The notes beneath the pieces are model-generated. The model was not told the origin of the DNA, did not search any database, and worked only from the letters and a program-made list of their open reading frames with translations. The position numbers and the translations under genes were made by a program. This document shows positions 38,593-48,136 of a DNA stretch of 64,000 nt, in pieces; within the stretch, counting starts at the first letter, position 1, and each line of letters begins with the position of its first letter. This stretch comes from a virus (Duplodnaviria; Heunggongvirae; Uroviricota; Caudoviricetes), in the IMG/VR virus record IMGVR_UViG_3300045988_146577. One strand, written 5' to 3'.

Positions 38593-40152
38593 ATGACTGT
38601 TCGGATTGTATCTAACGCAGTTAATGCGCTTATTTCTGGCGCAGATGACAAGGTAAAGCAAATGGTGCAACAGATGTTGAGCTACGAAGTCGAGACTGGC
38701 GACTGGAAGGGCACAAGCACGATGTTCAACTGGAGTAAAAACTCGTTCCCTGCTGGCTTTGCCAAGCCTGTAGCGGCGAACTTGAACAAGGCGGGCATAA
38801 AATGTGTTCATATCCGCAAAGACAAAGCCCCGGCGCTTGGTAAACCAAATCCGGCGGTTAACCCATTCCCATGCAATCCTGATTATGCGTATCAGGATCA
38901 GACTGTGGAAACACTAGTTCGAGAGGGAATGATGATTGCGCAGATCGCTACTGGTGGCGGGAAATCTAATGTTGCCTGCAAAGCAGCTGCACGTATCGGT
39001 CGAATGACATTATTTTTAACAACCCGCTCTGTTCTGATGTTTCAGATGGCCGAAAACTTCCAGAGATCCATCGACTACCGCGCCGAAAATGGCGAACCGT
39101 GGTTAAAAGACCAAAAGGTTGGAGTCATTGGCTCGGGTGAGTTCCAGGTATCACGACATATCAACGTCGCTACAGTTCAAACTCTTGCAAGTTTCCTCGA
39201 AGAACCACCACGCGATGCAACACCAGATAAGAAAAGCTTCCACCTCAAACGTCGGGAGTTGGTGAAACGCTTCCTTTCAAGTGTCTCTCTTCTTATTCTG
39301 GAAGAGGCGCATGAGTCTTCAGGCTCAAATTTCTATGACATTGCCAGATTATGTGTGAACGCAGACTATCGTCTGGCACTTACGGCCACGCCGTTCATGA
39401 AGGATTCTACAGAAGCCAACATGCGTCTGATGGCTGTGGCTGGGCGAATTGAAATCAAAGTCACAGAAAAGTACCTGATTGATCGAGGCATTCTGGCAAA
39501 ACCGTACTTCCTTTATCATAAAGTTGCCTACAAGCCAGACGAGGTCAGAATAAAGGCGGAACTTGCCAACAAACACCTCAATTTTAGAGTTGGTATGAGC
39601 ACCGCCTACCAAAAGGCTTATCAGTTGGGGATCGTGTATAATTTGGGACGTAACGAGGCCATTGTGCGCGAAGCATTGCTCTATAAGCAACATTCTCTCA
39701 ATTGTATGACTCTGGTTCGTCTTAAACGCCACGGGCAAATCCTGATGGAAATGATGAAAGAGTCCGGCCTTAGAGTTGACTTCATTTATGGGGAATCGAA
39801 CCAGTCGACAAGGCAAGCAAAGCTGAACAGTTTAGCGTCTGGTGAAATAGATGTTTTAATAGGCTCGACTATTCTGGATGTTGGTGTTGATGTGCCAAGC
39901 GTTGGTGCGGTCATTCTTGCTGGTGGTGGGAAAGCAGAAGTTGAAATGAGACAGCGTGTCGGTCGTGGCTTACGAGCCAAGAAGAATCAGGCAAACGTGT
40001 GTTTTATCACTGATTTCATTGACATTAGCAACAAATACCTGTTGTCTCACTCTTATGAGCGAAAACACATCATCGACACCACACCTGGCTTTGCAGAAGG
40101 TGTATTGCCTATTGATGGCGCATTCGATTTTGGAGTTCTGAAACGAGATTAG
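38593..40152 (+). CDS. SF2 (DEAH-like) helicase
   Basis: Motif I ATGGGKS, motif II LILEEAHE, motif III TATP, motif VI QRVGRGLR; AAGGAAAGAGG RBS. Confidence 0.8.
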   Translation: MTVRIVSNAVNALISGADDKVKQMVQQMLSYEVETGDWKGTSTMFNWSKNSFPAGFAKPVAANLNKAGIKCVHIRKDKAPALGKPNPAVNPFPCNPDYAYQDQTVETLVREGMMIAQIATGGGKSNVACKAAARIGRMTLFLTTRSVLMFQMAENFQRSIDYRAENGEPWLKDQKVGVIGSGEFQVSRHINVATVQTLASFLEEPPRDATPDKKSFHLKRRELVKRFLSSVSLLILEEAHESSGSNFYDIARLCVNADYRLALTATPFMKDSTEANMRLMAVAGRIEIKVTEKYLIDRGILAKPYFLYHKVAYKPDEVRIKAELANKHLNFRVGMSTAYQKAYQLGIVYNLGRNEAIVREALLYKQHSLNCMTLVRLKRHGQILMEMMKESGLRVDFIYGESNQSTRQAKLNSLASGEIDVLIGSTILDVGVDVPSVGAVILAGGGKAEVEMRQRVGRGLRAKKNQANVCFITDFIDISNKYLLSHSYERKHIIDTTPGFAEGVLPIDGAFDFGVLKRD

Positions 40153-40154
40153 TT

Positions 40155-40433
40155 ATGAGCGAAAAGAAAACAACTTATTGCCAAGTGGCATTGTCTGATA
40201 AGGCCAATGAAAAACTTGGAAAATTCCAAATAAAACTCAAAGAGAAAAAAATCAAGATGTCTAAGGCTGAAGTTATCAATGCCATTCTGGAGACGATGAC
40301 TATGGCTGAATTTGACAAAGTCACATCTGCCGTTGGGGTTTCCGCTAAGACGCGTGAGAAAATCATGCGCATCTATGAAAACTCCAATATGACAAAAAAA
40401 GATCTAGAGGAAATACTGAGCAGGTTGCCGTAA
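40155..40433 (+). CDS. hypothetical protein (92 aa)
   Basis: ATG 2 nt after helicase stop. Confidence 0.4.
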   Translation: MSEKKTTYCQVALSDKANEKLGKFQIKLKEKKIKMSKAEVINAILETMTMAEFDKVTSAVGVSAKTREKIMRIYENSNMTKKDLEEILSRLP

Positions 40434-40498
40434 CATTTCATATTTACCCCCTATCTACTAATTCTATGATGTGCTCACTTGTTAGAAAGGAGCACATC

Positions 40499-41065
40499 AT
40501 GAGTTGGTTAAAAGAATTATCATTTGTTGACACCACTGGCGCTAAGAAAAATCATTCTTTCTGGAAAGTCAGCGATCCTTCTGATTTTCTTGTTGGTGCT
40601 AATGCTGCTTTTGAATTGCTTAACTTTTATCAACGTTATCCAGAAATGAAACACAGTCCACTCCTGTACAGAATAACAAACGATATGAATAGGTCTGGTT
40701 TATTATCAAGTGAGTCAGCGAAAGGCTTTTTTAGCAAAATTACGCCACACATATCATTCGATGCTGCAAACGAAATTGATTATCTATCCACGAAACCTCA
40801 AGAACAATTATCTGTACCACCTGAGAAAAAAGAAAGACGAATTGCCAGCATTGAAAATATATCGAAAGAGCTTCGCACAACAACGTTGAGGCTGCTGAAC
40901 TTTCTTACGCTGCTTAATTGGATAGATGATCAAACATTGATTCCATCAACAGATGCGTTGGATAACAGAGTCCTTAGGCTGAACAAAAAATCGCAATTTG
41001 GTTTTGTGTTCACCAAAAAAGGTGAAGATTTAATCAAAAGAAAATATAGATTATTGAATGATTAA
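40499..41065 (+). CDS. hypothetical protein
   Basis: AAGGAG RBS before ATG at 40499 (track 40466); RBS lies in an inverted repeat GATGTGCTC/GAGCACATC; terminator hairpin at about 41084-41110. Confidence 0.4.
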   Translation: MSWLKELSFVDTTGAKKNHSFWKVSDPSDFLVGANAAFELLNFYQRYPEMKHSPLLYRITNDMNRSGLLSSESAKGFFSKITPHISFDAANEIDYLSTKPQEQLSVPPEKKERRIASIENISKELRTTTLRLLNFLTLLNWIDDQTLIPSTDALDNRVLRLNKKSQFGFVFTKKGEDLIKRKYRLLND

Positions 41066-41449
41066 TAGTCTACATGCAGGTGTATGAGAGCACCTGCATG
41101 TGACATTCATCACATTTTTGAATGTATATACCTTCGGCTGAAAAAGATCTTGATAGGCTGAATGATATTTGTAGGCTTCGCCTCCGAAGAAATTCGGAGG
41201 ATATATGCGACAATTTATAAAAACGTGTGACCTAAGAAATATAGTAGATGATATTGCATGTGATGAAATTAGCAAAAAAGAGAAGAACAAAAACGCCAAT
41301 TAACGCTATCTACCTATAAATCTGAAGAGTTCAATAGGATGCATATCTGAAACACGCCCTCGACAATACCAAAAAGATTTGTCGAGGGCGTCGGGCTTTC
41401 CCTATGTCTGAACGATTAAATTTTACAGCAATTAAATATTTTGTATATG

Positions 41450-42250
41450 TTATTCTTCTGGTGGCACGACAAAATCATCGAGCTTATTCTTTTCGTCTCG
41501 AAGCAACTTGATTTCTTCTTCTGTTATACATTTGTCATAATCTGTTTGTTCAGAATGGCACAGTGTAACCGCGAATGGATAGCCGGTATAAGACAGTCCC
41601 CTAACAGGTTCTAGTTCACCGTTGTCTTTTTTCCTAAATTTGTAAAAGTCAGGAGTGTCATAATTGGTGACGCTAACAAGAGCATATTTATCATTTTCTC
41701 TTGCATACACTTCACTAACACCTCTCGATTCGCCCAACTCTCTACTCACATATGTCGAATCACTTGCAGCATCAAACACAGCCTGACCTAATGGAGTTTT
41801 TTTTAAATCATCTATTTTCTCTTTTTCCTTCCTGATTTTAGATTCGTTTTCCAGATAAAGTTTCACACCGTTTTCTTTGCATGCTAGATTTTGGCGTTCA
41901 AAACGTAATCGTTCTCTTGCCGAGTTGGTACTTTTATCCATTGTAACGAATACAATCGGGTTACGTTCACGAACATCAAAGATGTGCGCATTGAATGCGG
42001 TCGCACCTGTATAGGCATTCAAGACGTTTTTGCCATTCACTTCTCCACATACCATATATGAATAGCTATTTTCACCTAACTGAATAGCTCGCATATTCGT
42101 GAACCGACCAGCATCAGGATCTAGCAGTGTAGAGCGAATATCCTTTTCAACTAGATCTATGGCTCGCTCTTCATCAGAATCACAACCTGTTAATAGTAAA
42201 GCCGCTATTAACAATGCTAATGAGTATTTTTTATTCACCCCATTCTTCAT
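41450..42250 (-). CDS. lipoprotein (AT-rich moron)
   Basis: Signal peptide plus lipobox LLLTGC; low GC; own terminator hairpin downstream. Confidence 0.6.
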   Translation of the reverse strand: MKNGVNKKYSLALLIAALLLTGCDSDEERAIDLVEKDIRSTLLDPDAGRFTNMRAIQLGENSYSYMVCGEVNGKNVLNAYTGATAFNAHIFDVRERNPIVFVTMDKSTNSARERLRFERQNLACKENGVKLYLENESKIRKEKEKIDDLKKTPLGQAVFDAASDSTYVSRELGESRGVSEVYARENDKYALVSVTNYDTPDFYKFRKKDNGELEPVRGLSYTGYPFAVTLCHSEQTDYDKCITEEEIKLLRDEKNKLDDFVVPPEE

Positions 42251-42352
42251 GAAACTTATTCCATAATCAATTTTTGGTGGAATGTACGGTTAGTCTGTCT
42301 ACGCATCATAGAGATGTATATAATGACCAAAAAAGACTTAAAAAGGTAGACT

Positions 42353-42874
42353 ATGGTTAAAGACATCACCTACGGCATACCGGCTGAAGTATGGCCGCGA
42401 GACTACGAACATGCTGAACGCACCTTGCTCTTCTGGCGGAGAGCTAAATTTCCTGTAAGAGTCACTCTCGAAGACGGCCAAGTGTTTTGCATGTACGTTT
42501 ATGGTCTCATGTCATCTCGTAACAAAGTTGACCTTTGTCCAACTCCATTTGACAAAGAAAATCGTATAAGGCTCCCACTTGAGCGCATTAGCACAATTGA
42601 ATCAGGCGTAATTGATGGCATTGATTACGATTTCAAAGGGAGACTAACAATACACCCTGACTATGTAGACAACCAGCCATCACGTCGTGACTTTTTTAAG
42701 ATATGTCGTCAGGCTTACCAAAACGGCAAATCTATAAGGGTCTACATGGCAGACGGTCGCGAAATTGAGGGAACGTCAGATGGCGTTGACGCCTGTCTAG
42801 TCACACTTAAGTTGGAAGACGGTAGAAAAATACTTATTTTCTTCGATTGGGTTGAACGAATCCTTCCGTTTTAG
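42353..42874 (+). CDS. hypothetical protein (173 aa)
   Basis: ORF with ATG start; no motif recognised. Confidence 0.4.
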   Translation: MVKDITYGIPAEVWPRDYEHAERTLLFWRRAKFPVRVTLEDGQVFCMYVYGLMSSRNKVDLCPTPFDKENRIRLPLERISTIESGVIDGIDYDFKGRLTIHPDYVDNQPSRRDFFKICRQAYQNGKSIRVYMADGREIEGTSDGVDACLVTLKLEDGRKILIFFDWVERILPF

Positions 42875-42883
42875 GATATTGAT

Positions 42884-43183
42884 ATGAAAACTGTAGCAGC
42901 ATTCACATTCTTAACTTTCATTTTTAGCTCTTCCGCATTTCCTCAAGAAAATAGCATTGAACGAGTGCAACGTGTCTCTACAGAGTTGTGTTCAAAGGCG
43001 GAAGACTACGATTTGTGCATGTTAGACCTAAGCATGGCTTTAGGCGCTGCATATCAAGATGGACTGATCGTTGCGGGATGCAAGTTGGGACTTGATGAGC
43101 CTTCGAAAGACAAATGCGAAAACTCGGAGCGTTTTCAGGAATATATAATAAAAGAAATCAGGAACTATGCAAAAAAGATGTAA
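42884..43183 (+). CDS. small secreted Cys-containing protein
   Basis: N-terminal signal peptide MKTVAAFTFLTFIFSSSAF; 4 Cys in mature part. Confidence 0.45.
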   Translation: MKTVAAFTFLTFIFSSSAFPQENSIERVQRVSTELCSKAEDYDLCMLDLSMALGAAYQDGLIVAGCKLGLDEPSKDKCENSERFQEYIIKEIRNYAKKM

Positions 43184-43378
43184 ATTCCTATAAGGGTAAT
43201 AACCGGCTAAGTCCGGTTATTATTTTACATGCCATTCGTTTAACACTCATTCAATTCTCCCCCGTATAAATATATATAAGGTCAAAAGCCGGAATTTATT
43301 ATTTATTTAGGGAACACCTTCGACGATCTCGCTTTTATTTCTAGGGCTTTCATCCCTGCAAAAAACTTAAAAAAATAC

Positions 43379-43406
43379 TTGCAATCTTTTTTCGCGTGTC
43401 GATAAT
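43379..43406 (+). promoter_or_regulatory. sigma70-like promoter
   Basis: TTGCAA -N16- GATAAT about 60 nt upstream of ATG at 43467, in AT-rich spacer. Confidence 0.45.
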
Positions 43407-43466
43407 TGGACTCATCGAAAGCGAAATTGCTAACGATAATTAAATTTTATACTAAGGATTGAAATC

Positions 43467-44117
43467 ATGACTAACATTATCATTTCTAAAAAATCCATCA
43501 TTGAAGCTGCTGCCATTGTATCCGACGAGCTGCGCGAAAAAGCAGATCTGGCAACTCAAACATATAACGAACATTATAAAAATGGTACGCACACAAAAGC
43601 AGACAAAGCAAATATGCAAGCTGCGACCACCAAACTTGCTTACTTCATCAACAACGTCGTAAACGCAGTAGAAGACGAAAAATTGTGCTCTGTTTTCTAC
43701 TATGCGATCAAAGCAAGCAAACAAGCGCCAGAAGTATTTTTCCGTGATGCAATGACTAATAGTTATTCTCTGGAAAAACTGGTTTATCTGGTTAAATCCA
43801 TTAAAGCTGGAAAGTGTGTTTATTCCGTCGCTGATATGTCCGGATCTCGTGTATTCGCATTAATCGATATGATTAACGACGAGATCGAGACGTTCACAAA
43901 TGGCGCTGTTTTCGATTTAATGAATGAAGCGAAAAAAGCCAACGAAATAAAATTAGACGCAGGATACACTCAAGCCAACCAGCTTATCAATCTTTGCGAA
44001 CGTCTTGGACTTGTTGAGAAAGTCAAAGGAATGGGAAGCGCAAAAGCTGGTACGCAGCAATATCGCTTTATTAAAAATGATTTCTATAACTATCTGGCTG
44101 ATGCTTTCAAAGCGTAA
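43467..44117 (+). CDS. hypothetical protein (216 aa)
   Basis: AAGGA RBS; own promoter and terminator. Confidence 0.45.
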   Translation: MTNIIISKKSIIEAAAIVSDELREKADLATQTYNEHYKNGTHTKADKANMQAATTKLAYFINNVVNAVEDEKLCSVFYYAIKASKQAPEVFFRDAMTNSYSLEKLVYLVKSIKAGKCVYSVADMSGSRVFALIDMINDEIETFTNGAVFDLMNEAKKANEIKLDAGYTQANQLINLCERLGLVEKVKGMGSAKAGTQQYRFIKNDFYNYLADAFKA

Positions 44118-44130
44118 TTAATGGAATCTG

Positions 44131-44150
44131 GCGCCCACTATGGGCGCTTT
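44131..44150 (+). terminator. rho-independent terminator
   Basis: GCGCCCA-cta-TGGGCGC hairpin followed by TTTT. Confidence 0.6.
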
Positions 44151-44164
44151 TAAGGAGCTTAATC

Positions 44165-44395
44165 ATGTTTATTCTTATCGCTGGCGTTAACGTGCGCAAT
44201 GAATATTTTGTTAATCGCATCGCTGGGATCGCTGGTTACGCTGGGCGCGCAGTCGAGCTTATAGATGAAACGACGCGCAAAATTGACTTATTGAGCGACC
44301 AGGAGCGAAAAAAAGCAGACGTGAATGACGCTGATATATTTTTAATGTTAAAAGCGTTTGTAGAAATGGGATTTGAAATCAGTTTACATAAATAA
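44165..44395 (+). CDS. hypothetical small protein (76 aa)
   Basis: AAGGAG RBS; flanked by two identical terminator hairpins. Confidence 0.4.
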   Translation: MFILIAGVNVRNEYFVNRIAGIAGYAGRAVELIDETTRKIDLLSDQERKKADVNDADIFLMLKAFVEMGFEISLHK

Positions 44396-44401
44396 AATCG
44401 A

Positions 44402-44424
44402 GCGCCCACTATGGGCGCTTTTTT
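44402..44424 (+). terminator. rho-independent terminator (duplicate of 44131 hairpin)
   Basis: GCGCCCA-cta-TGGGCGC followed by TTTTTT. Confidence 0.65.
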
Positions 44425-44449
44425 CGTTTCCAATACTTCCACCATAACG

Positions 44450-44472
44450 CGCCAATGATGGCGCTTTTTTTA
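44450..44472 (+). terminator. rho-independent terminator
   Basis: GCGCCA-atga-TGGCGC followed by TTTTTTT. Confidence 0.6.
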
Positions 44473-44884
44473 TTGTCTTTGACTCAAGCCAACAACATAA
44501 AAATAAGCGCCAAAATAACGCCATAGACGCGCTTTTATATCCTTACCAGTACATACCCATTACTTAGCGCATTAACGCGCTTAAATCGCGTTATATTGCG
44601 TTATGGTGTATGGTTAATCATTGGCTTTTATTCTTGCTATGTGATCCGCGTTTAATTGTCGGCGCGGATCGGCATTTTGTTTTGTTCCGTATCCGCTCGC
44701 GTATTATGTGCGCGTGATTTTTCACATAATCACACCACTTAATCACATATGTGATTACGCTACGAAAGAAATCTGGATGTCTCAGGCGACGAAAGTCATC
44801 ATAATTTTCCCCGCTCACCTGTCCGACAACCGCTGGTTGGATTCCACCAGCTTCCCGATGTTTTTTCTATATAAAGGCGAATGC

Positions 44885-45002
44885 AGCCGTTTCCCGAAAA
44901 AATCCTGGCCGTTTCCCGTCGGCTCATGAATACGTTCCTCGCCGTTTCTGAAAATTTCCCTGCGGCAGCTGGTGGCTATATAGAAAGGGCCGTTTCTGGC
45001 CC
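44885..45002. repeat. iteron-like cluster 1: four degenerate copies of GCCGTTTCC(C)GAAAA
   Basis: Copies at about 44885, 44907, 44940, 44988, spaced 22-48 bp; each contains small dyad TTTC..GAAA. Confidence 0.55.
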
Positions 45003-45011
45003 TCTTCTCAG

Positions 45012-45494
45012 TTACACGCCATCAAGGATGTGGATGCGGTTGCTTGCGTATACATTCAGCATAAAGTTAGCGCAAAACAGTTTCCATGTATCAACGCCAG
45101 CGGTATACGTAATGTTTTTGCATTTAATCGCATTGTTGGCGATCCGCATCCCCTGCGATACTGCTTCATCGTCGGAAAATTTGAACGACGATTGAGTTTT
45201 AATCCAGACAGAAATCTGCGTAGCGAACTCAATCAGCTTGGACTGGCAGAATCGCCCGGAGCGCACCGGAAAGACGAACGTTCCGAATCCAGAATTTACC
45301 ACATACGCTTTCTCAAATACCCGCGAGTAACGACGATTGCCAATGATGTCGCGTGCAATAATGCATTTTTCTTGTGCTGACAGTTCTACCGTCTCATTGT
45401 CGCGCCATGCACCAAGTACTCGTTTTTCAATGTCAGAGAACGTTACAGCGATATTGCCATGTGCGGGTGCGTTTACAGTAGCGATAAAATTCAT
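45012..45494 (-). CDS. hypothetical protein (160 aa)
   Basis: AAGGAA RBS; class-1 palindrome in leader. Confidence 0.5.
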   Translation of the reverse strand: MNFIATVNAPAHGNIAVTFSDIEKRVLGAWRDNETVELSAQEKCIIARDIIGNRRYSRVFEKAYVVNSGFGTFVFPVRSGRFCQSKLIEFATQISVWIKTQSSFKFSDDEAVSQGMRIANNAIKCKNITYTAGVDTWKLFCANFMLNVYASNRIHILDGV

Positions 45495-45515
45495 GATTAA
45501 TTCCTTATCGTAAAT

Positions 45516-45530
45516 AACAAATTGTTTTCT
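45516..45530 (-). promoter_or_regulatory. class-1 palindrome
   Basis: ACAAATTGTTTTCT followed by TGTTGGTGTTAATTATCG. Confidence 0.5.
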
Positions 45531-45580
45531 TGTTGGTGTTAATTATCGTTGTACGAATAAGGCGTCAAAGTGGAAAGTTG

Positions 45581-45669
45581 CGGTAGCCGGACGGGAACAG
45601 GTGGGTTTGTCGGTTGCCTGGAGGTAAGAGGTTGGTGTTTTTAGCCTGCGGGAAACAGGATGGTCATTT
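45581..45669. repeat. three tandem degenerate ~30-nt repeats (CGGTAGCCNGG...AGGTGGGTnTTT)
   Basis: Direct tandem units read on + strand; paralogous copy at 49207-49290. Confidence 0.5.
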
Positions 45670-45698
45670 AAGGCCACCAGCATTGGTGGCCTTACTCT

Positions 45699-45980
45699 TT
45701 AGTGGAGCAGACCGATGTCGATGGTATCCCCTGAATCATCCACACGGATCATCAGCATGGCGAAGGCGTTTAGTGGATAGCTTGCGTGCCATTCAGGGAA
45801 GCGGTCATCTCGCATGAAGTCGGCAATGTCGTAAACGCAGCCCTCAAAGTGGAAGAATCGCGTGCTTACCTGCTCGTCATATTCCACATGATCCATTTCT
45901 TGCTGTTCTGTTTCCGGCAAGTCCAGCCATGATTCAAGGAATACATTTTGTGCTTTAGGGGTAATGGTGAAATCAGTCAT
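45699..45980 (-). CDS. hypothetical small acidic protein (93 aa)
   Basis: GAGG RBS before ATG at 45980; track ORF 45699..46112 reads through the leader motif. Confidence 0.45.
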   Translation of the reverse strand: MTDFTITPKAQNVFLESWLDLPETEQQEMDHVEYDEQVSTRFFHFEGCVYDIADFMRDDRFPEWHASYPLNAFAMLMIRVDDSGDTIDIGLLH

Positions 45981-45999
45981 GAGCATATCCTCACTGCGT

Positions 46000-46015
46000 A
46001 AACATATTGTTTTCT
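46000..46015 (-). promoter_or_regulatory. class-1 palindrome
   Basis: AAACATATTGTTTTCT followed by TGTTGGTGTAATTATCG. Confidence 0.5.
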
Positions 46016-46315
46016 TGTTGGTGTAATTATCGCAGTGTAGATAAGGCATAAAAGAAGTTAATACAGGCTGAATACACAAGAAAGGTTCTGGAAGTTGATA
46101 GCCAGGTTTCAAACTAACCTTCGGTTATTAAAAGTCATTTAAGACCACCAATGCTGGTGGCCTTAATAATTATCGCCCGATTACGCTAAGGATCTTTTCC
46201 TCAACTGATTTGTTGTTGCGACTAAACTGCCTTGCGTATCTGATGACAGAAGAGGCGTTTTGCTTTCTGACCATCTCGACTCTTTCCTTCAGGCGTTTCT
46301 TGAAATCGCCCATAT

Positions 46316-46690
46316 TTACCACCAGGCGCAGAAGGTCAGTCTGTTATTGTGAAAGTCGTGGTTCTTAATCAGATCTTCCACAAGCTCTTTCAACTCCCCC
46401 ACATCATGCCAGTAACCTTCATCGTACTCCTGACTGCCGAAGAAAAAACCTTCCCGGGTAGGCAAGTACTCTTCGCAATTACTTTCGTTTATGTGCATCA
46501 AATGAGCCTTCAGAAAACAAATGTCATTCATCGTTAATTCTAAAAGCTCACAATTTTCGACTTCACCTACGTTGCGCTCCATCCACCCAACGAGCGCATT
46601 GAACTTACGGAAGTAAGCAACCTGCTTTCTGGATGCCTCGTTATTCAGATCGTTTTTAGGCTGTGTCTCGATATAGATATCAAGTCCCAT
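46316..46690 (-). CDS. hypothetical small acidic protein (124 aa)
   Basis: AAGGA RBS before ATG at 46690 (track start 46732 is GTG). Confidence 0.45.
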   Translation of the reverse strand: MGLDIYIETQPKNDLNNEASRKQVAYFRKFNALVGWMERNVGEVENCELLELTMNDICFLKAHLMHINESNCEEYLPTREGFFFGSQEYDEGYWHDVGELKELVEDLIKNHDFHNNRLTFCAWW

Positions 46691-46746
46691 GATGGTTTCC
46701 TTATTAAGTTGCTTCAGTGAAATCATTTTCACAAATCAGATAAGGC

Positions 46747-46762
46747 AGAAAACAAATTGTTA
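46747..46762 (+). promoter_or_regulatory. class-1 palindrome, inverted orientation, adjacent to terminator
   Basis: AGAAAACAAATTGTTA next to hairpin 46775-46799. Confidence 0.4.
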
Positions 46763-46774
46763 TCGGGCATAATA

Positions 46775-46799
46775 AAATGGCGCGGTTTGCGCGCCATTT
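46775..46799 (-). terminator. rho-independent terminator
   Basis: AAATGGCGCG-gtttg-CGCGCCATTT hairpin followed by U-rich tract on minus strand, after stop of 46808 gene. Confidence 0.6.
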
Positions 46800-46807
46800 A
46801 AAGAGGA

Positions 46808-47203
46808 TTAAGCGAATACGCTTTCAGGGATTAAGGTGTCGGCAGGAATGCCAGAGGTAATGCGCAGACCGTACTGGCCAATCCAGGTGGTGCTGGTGTT
46901 CAGGCTGGAGGCGAATACGGTGTTAACCATATTCATCATGGTTTCAAACACCTCTTCATCAACCTGGCGGAAGTAGTTCTCGATTTTCAGCAGCAGAGGG
47001 TCAGTTGCATCGAGAATGGACTGGTATTGAGTCGCGTACTCGCCGCCGGAGGCATCACCTTTACGCACGATCGTACTGGCCTGGACTTCGGCACCAGTTT
47101 CGGTGTTGTACGTAACAACGGTGATTTTTGCCACATTCTTACCTTCGGCGGTTTCAGAGGCATAGTAAACATCAACTGTCAGTTTTTCGCGTTTAACGGT
47201 CAT
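46808..47203 (-). CDS. hypothetical protein (131 aa)
   Basis: GGAG RBS before ATG at 47203; class-2 palindrome and terminator upstream. Confidence 0.45.
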   Translation of the reverse strand: MTVKREKLTVDVYYASETAEGKNVAKITVVTYNTETGAEVQASTIVRKGDASGGEYATQYQSILDATDPLLLKIENYFRQVDEEVFETMMNMVNTVFASSLNTSTTWIGQYGLRITSGIPADTLIPESVFA

Positions 47204-47245
47204 TTCACTCTCCGTAGTGTTTTGGTTATTTTTATATTCTATGAT

Positions 47246-47263
47246 CGTAAGTATGTACTTACA
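47246..47263 (-). promoter_or_regulatory. class-2 palindrome
   Basis: CGTAAGTATGTACTTACA just downstream of terminator hairpin 47272-47298. Confidence 0.45.
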
Positions 47264-47271
47264 ATACAAAA

Positions 47272-47298
47272 AAGCCCCGTAAGGATGGCGGGGCTGTC
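47272..47298 (-). terminator. hairpin terminator
   Basis: GCCCCG-taaggatgg-CGGGGC downstream of 47330 gene stop. Confidence 0.5.
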
Positions 47299-47329
47299 GT
47301 ACTGTCGACTAATTACCACTTGCACATTA

Positions 47330-47641
47330 TCAGGCTATTGCCATCACTGATGCTCTCTGAATTTCTTGCTGGGCCACGCGGTTAACTTCCATCAAAGCCA
47401 GTTCGAGCTGATGTTCCGGCCACATTCTTTGAAATGCCATCCAGCCTTTTCCACGCTGGCGACGAACATTCATTACATAACGAGTAAAGGTGTTTTTATC
47501 GAAAGACACCGCTGTTTCACGGAACAGACGAATAGAGGTTCCATTGGCAACGATGTCCAGCAAAGTTAATTGAGCAACCAGCGCAGGCTTCTCTTTTCTC
47601 TTCTGGTCTTTGTCCAGACCAAGAACCAATGATTTTTTCAT
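47330..47641 (-). CDS. hypothetical small basic protein (103 aa)
   Basis: GGAG RBS before ATG at 47641; class-1 palindrome in leader. Confidence 0.45.
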   Translation of the reverse strand: MKKSLVLGLDKDQKRKEKPALVAQLTLLDIVANGTSIRLFRETAVSFDKNTFTRYVMNVRRQRGKGWMAFQRMWPEHQLELALMEVNRVAQQEIQRASVMAIA

Positions 47642-47652
47642 CACAACTCCGT

Positions 47653-47668
47653 AAACAACTTGTTTTCT
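47653..47668 (-). promoter_or_regulatory. class-1 palindrome
   Basis: AAACAACTTGTTTTCT about 12 nt upstream of RBS. Confidence 0.5.
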
Positions 47669-47794
47669 CAATGGCGTAAATAATACCAGTAAGAAAACGG
47701 CTACAAAGCATATTGATCAGGTGCATGAGCGATATGCAGGTTCTTCCCTGCGGCTATAGAGAAATTAAGCCAGCAATGCTGGCTTTGGTTGGGA

Positions 47795-48124
47795 TTACTC
47801 GAATACTTCAAGAAACTCCTGAACGTCCCAATGCTGGACGAGGTGAAGATAGACCTTAGAAATCACGTCATTTTCGCTATCGCATGTGAAGTAGTACTTC
47901 TGGCTGCGGTTGTATGTGTCCACACAAAATTCGCTCATATCCATAAAGTCAGCATCTTCACCCATGTCGCAAATCATCAAAGCAGGTGCGTCATCACGAG
48001 TCATCAGCTCAAGCACCCACCGCGAATTGATCAGAGTGGAAGACCAACCTTCCAGCTCATAGAACTGGTCAAACTCTTTTTGAGTCAATTTCTTGATTTG
48101 GTTGATGTCGATATGTGCAAACAT
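47795..48124 (-). CDS. hypothetical small highly acidic protein (109 aa)
   Basis: AAGGA RBS before ATG at 48124; track start 48145 lies inside class-1 palindrome. Confidence 0.45.
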   Translation of the reverse strand: MFAHIDINQIKKLTQKEFDQFYELEGWSSTLINSRWVLELMTRDDAPALMICDMGEDADFMDMSEFCVDTYNRSQKYYFTCDSENDVISKVYLHLVQHWDVQEFLEVFE

Positions 48125-48136
48125 AAAGCAATCCTT

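Noticed and set aside
44708-45195. Plus-strand ORFs 44708..44929 and 44881..45195 spanning the iteron region
   Set aside because: They run through terminator and iteron repeats and antisense into the 45012..45494 gene; no RBS; considered non-coding.
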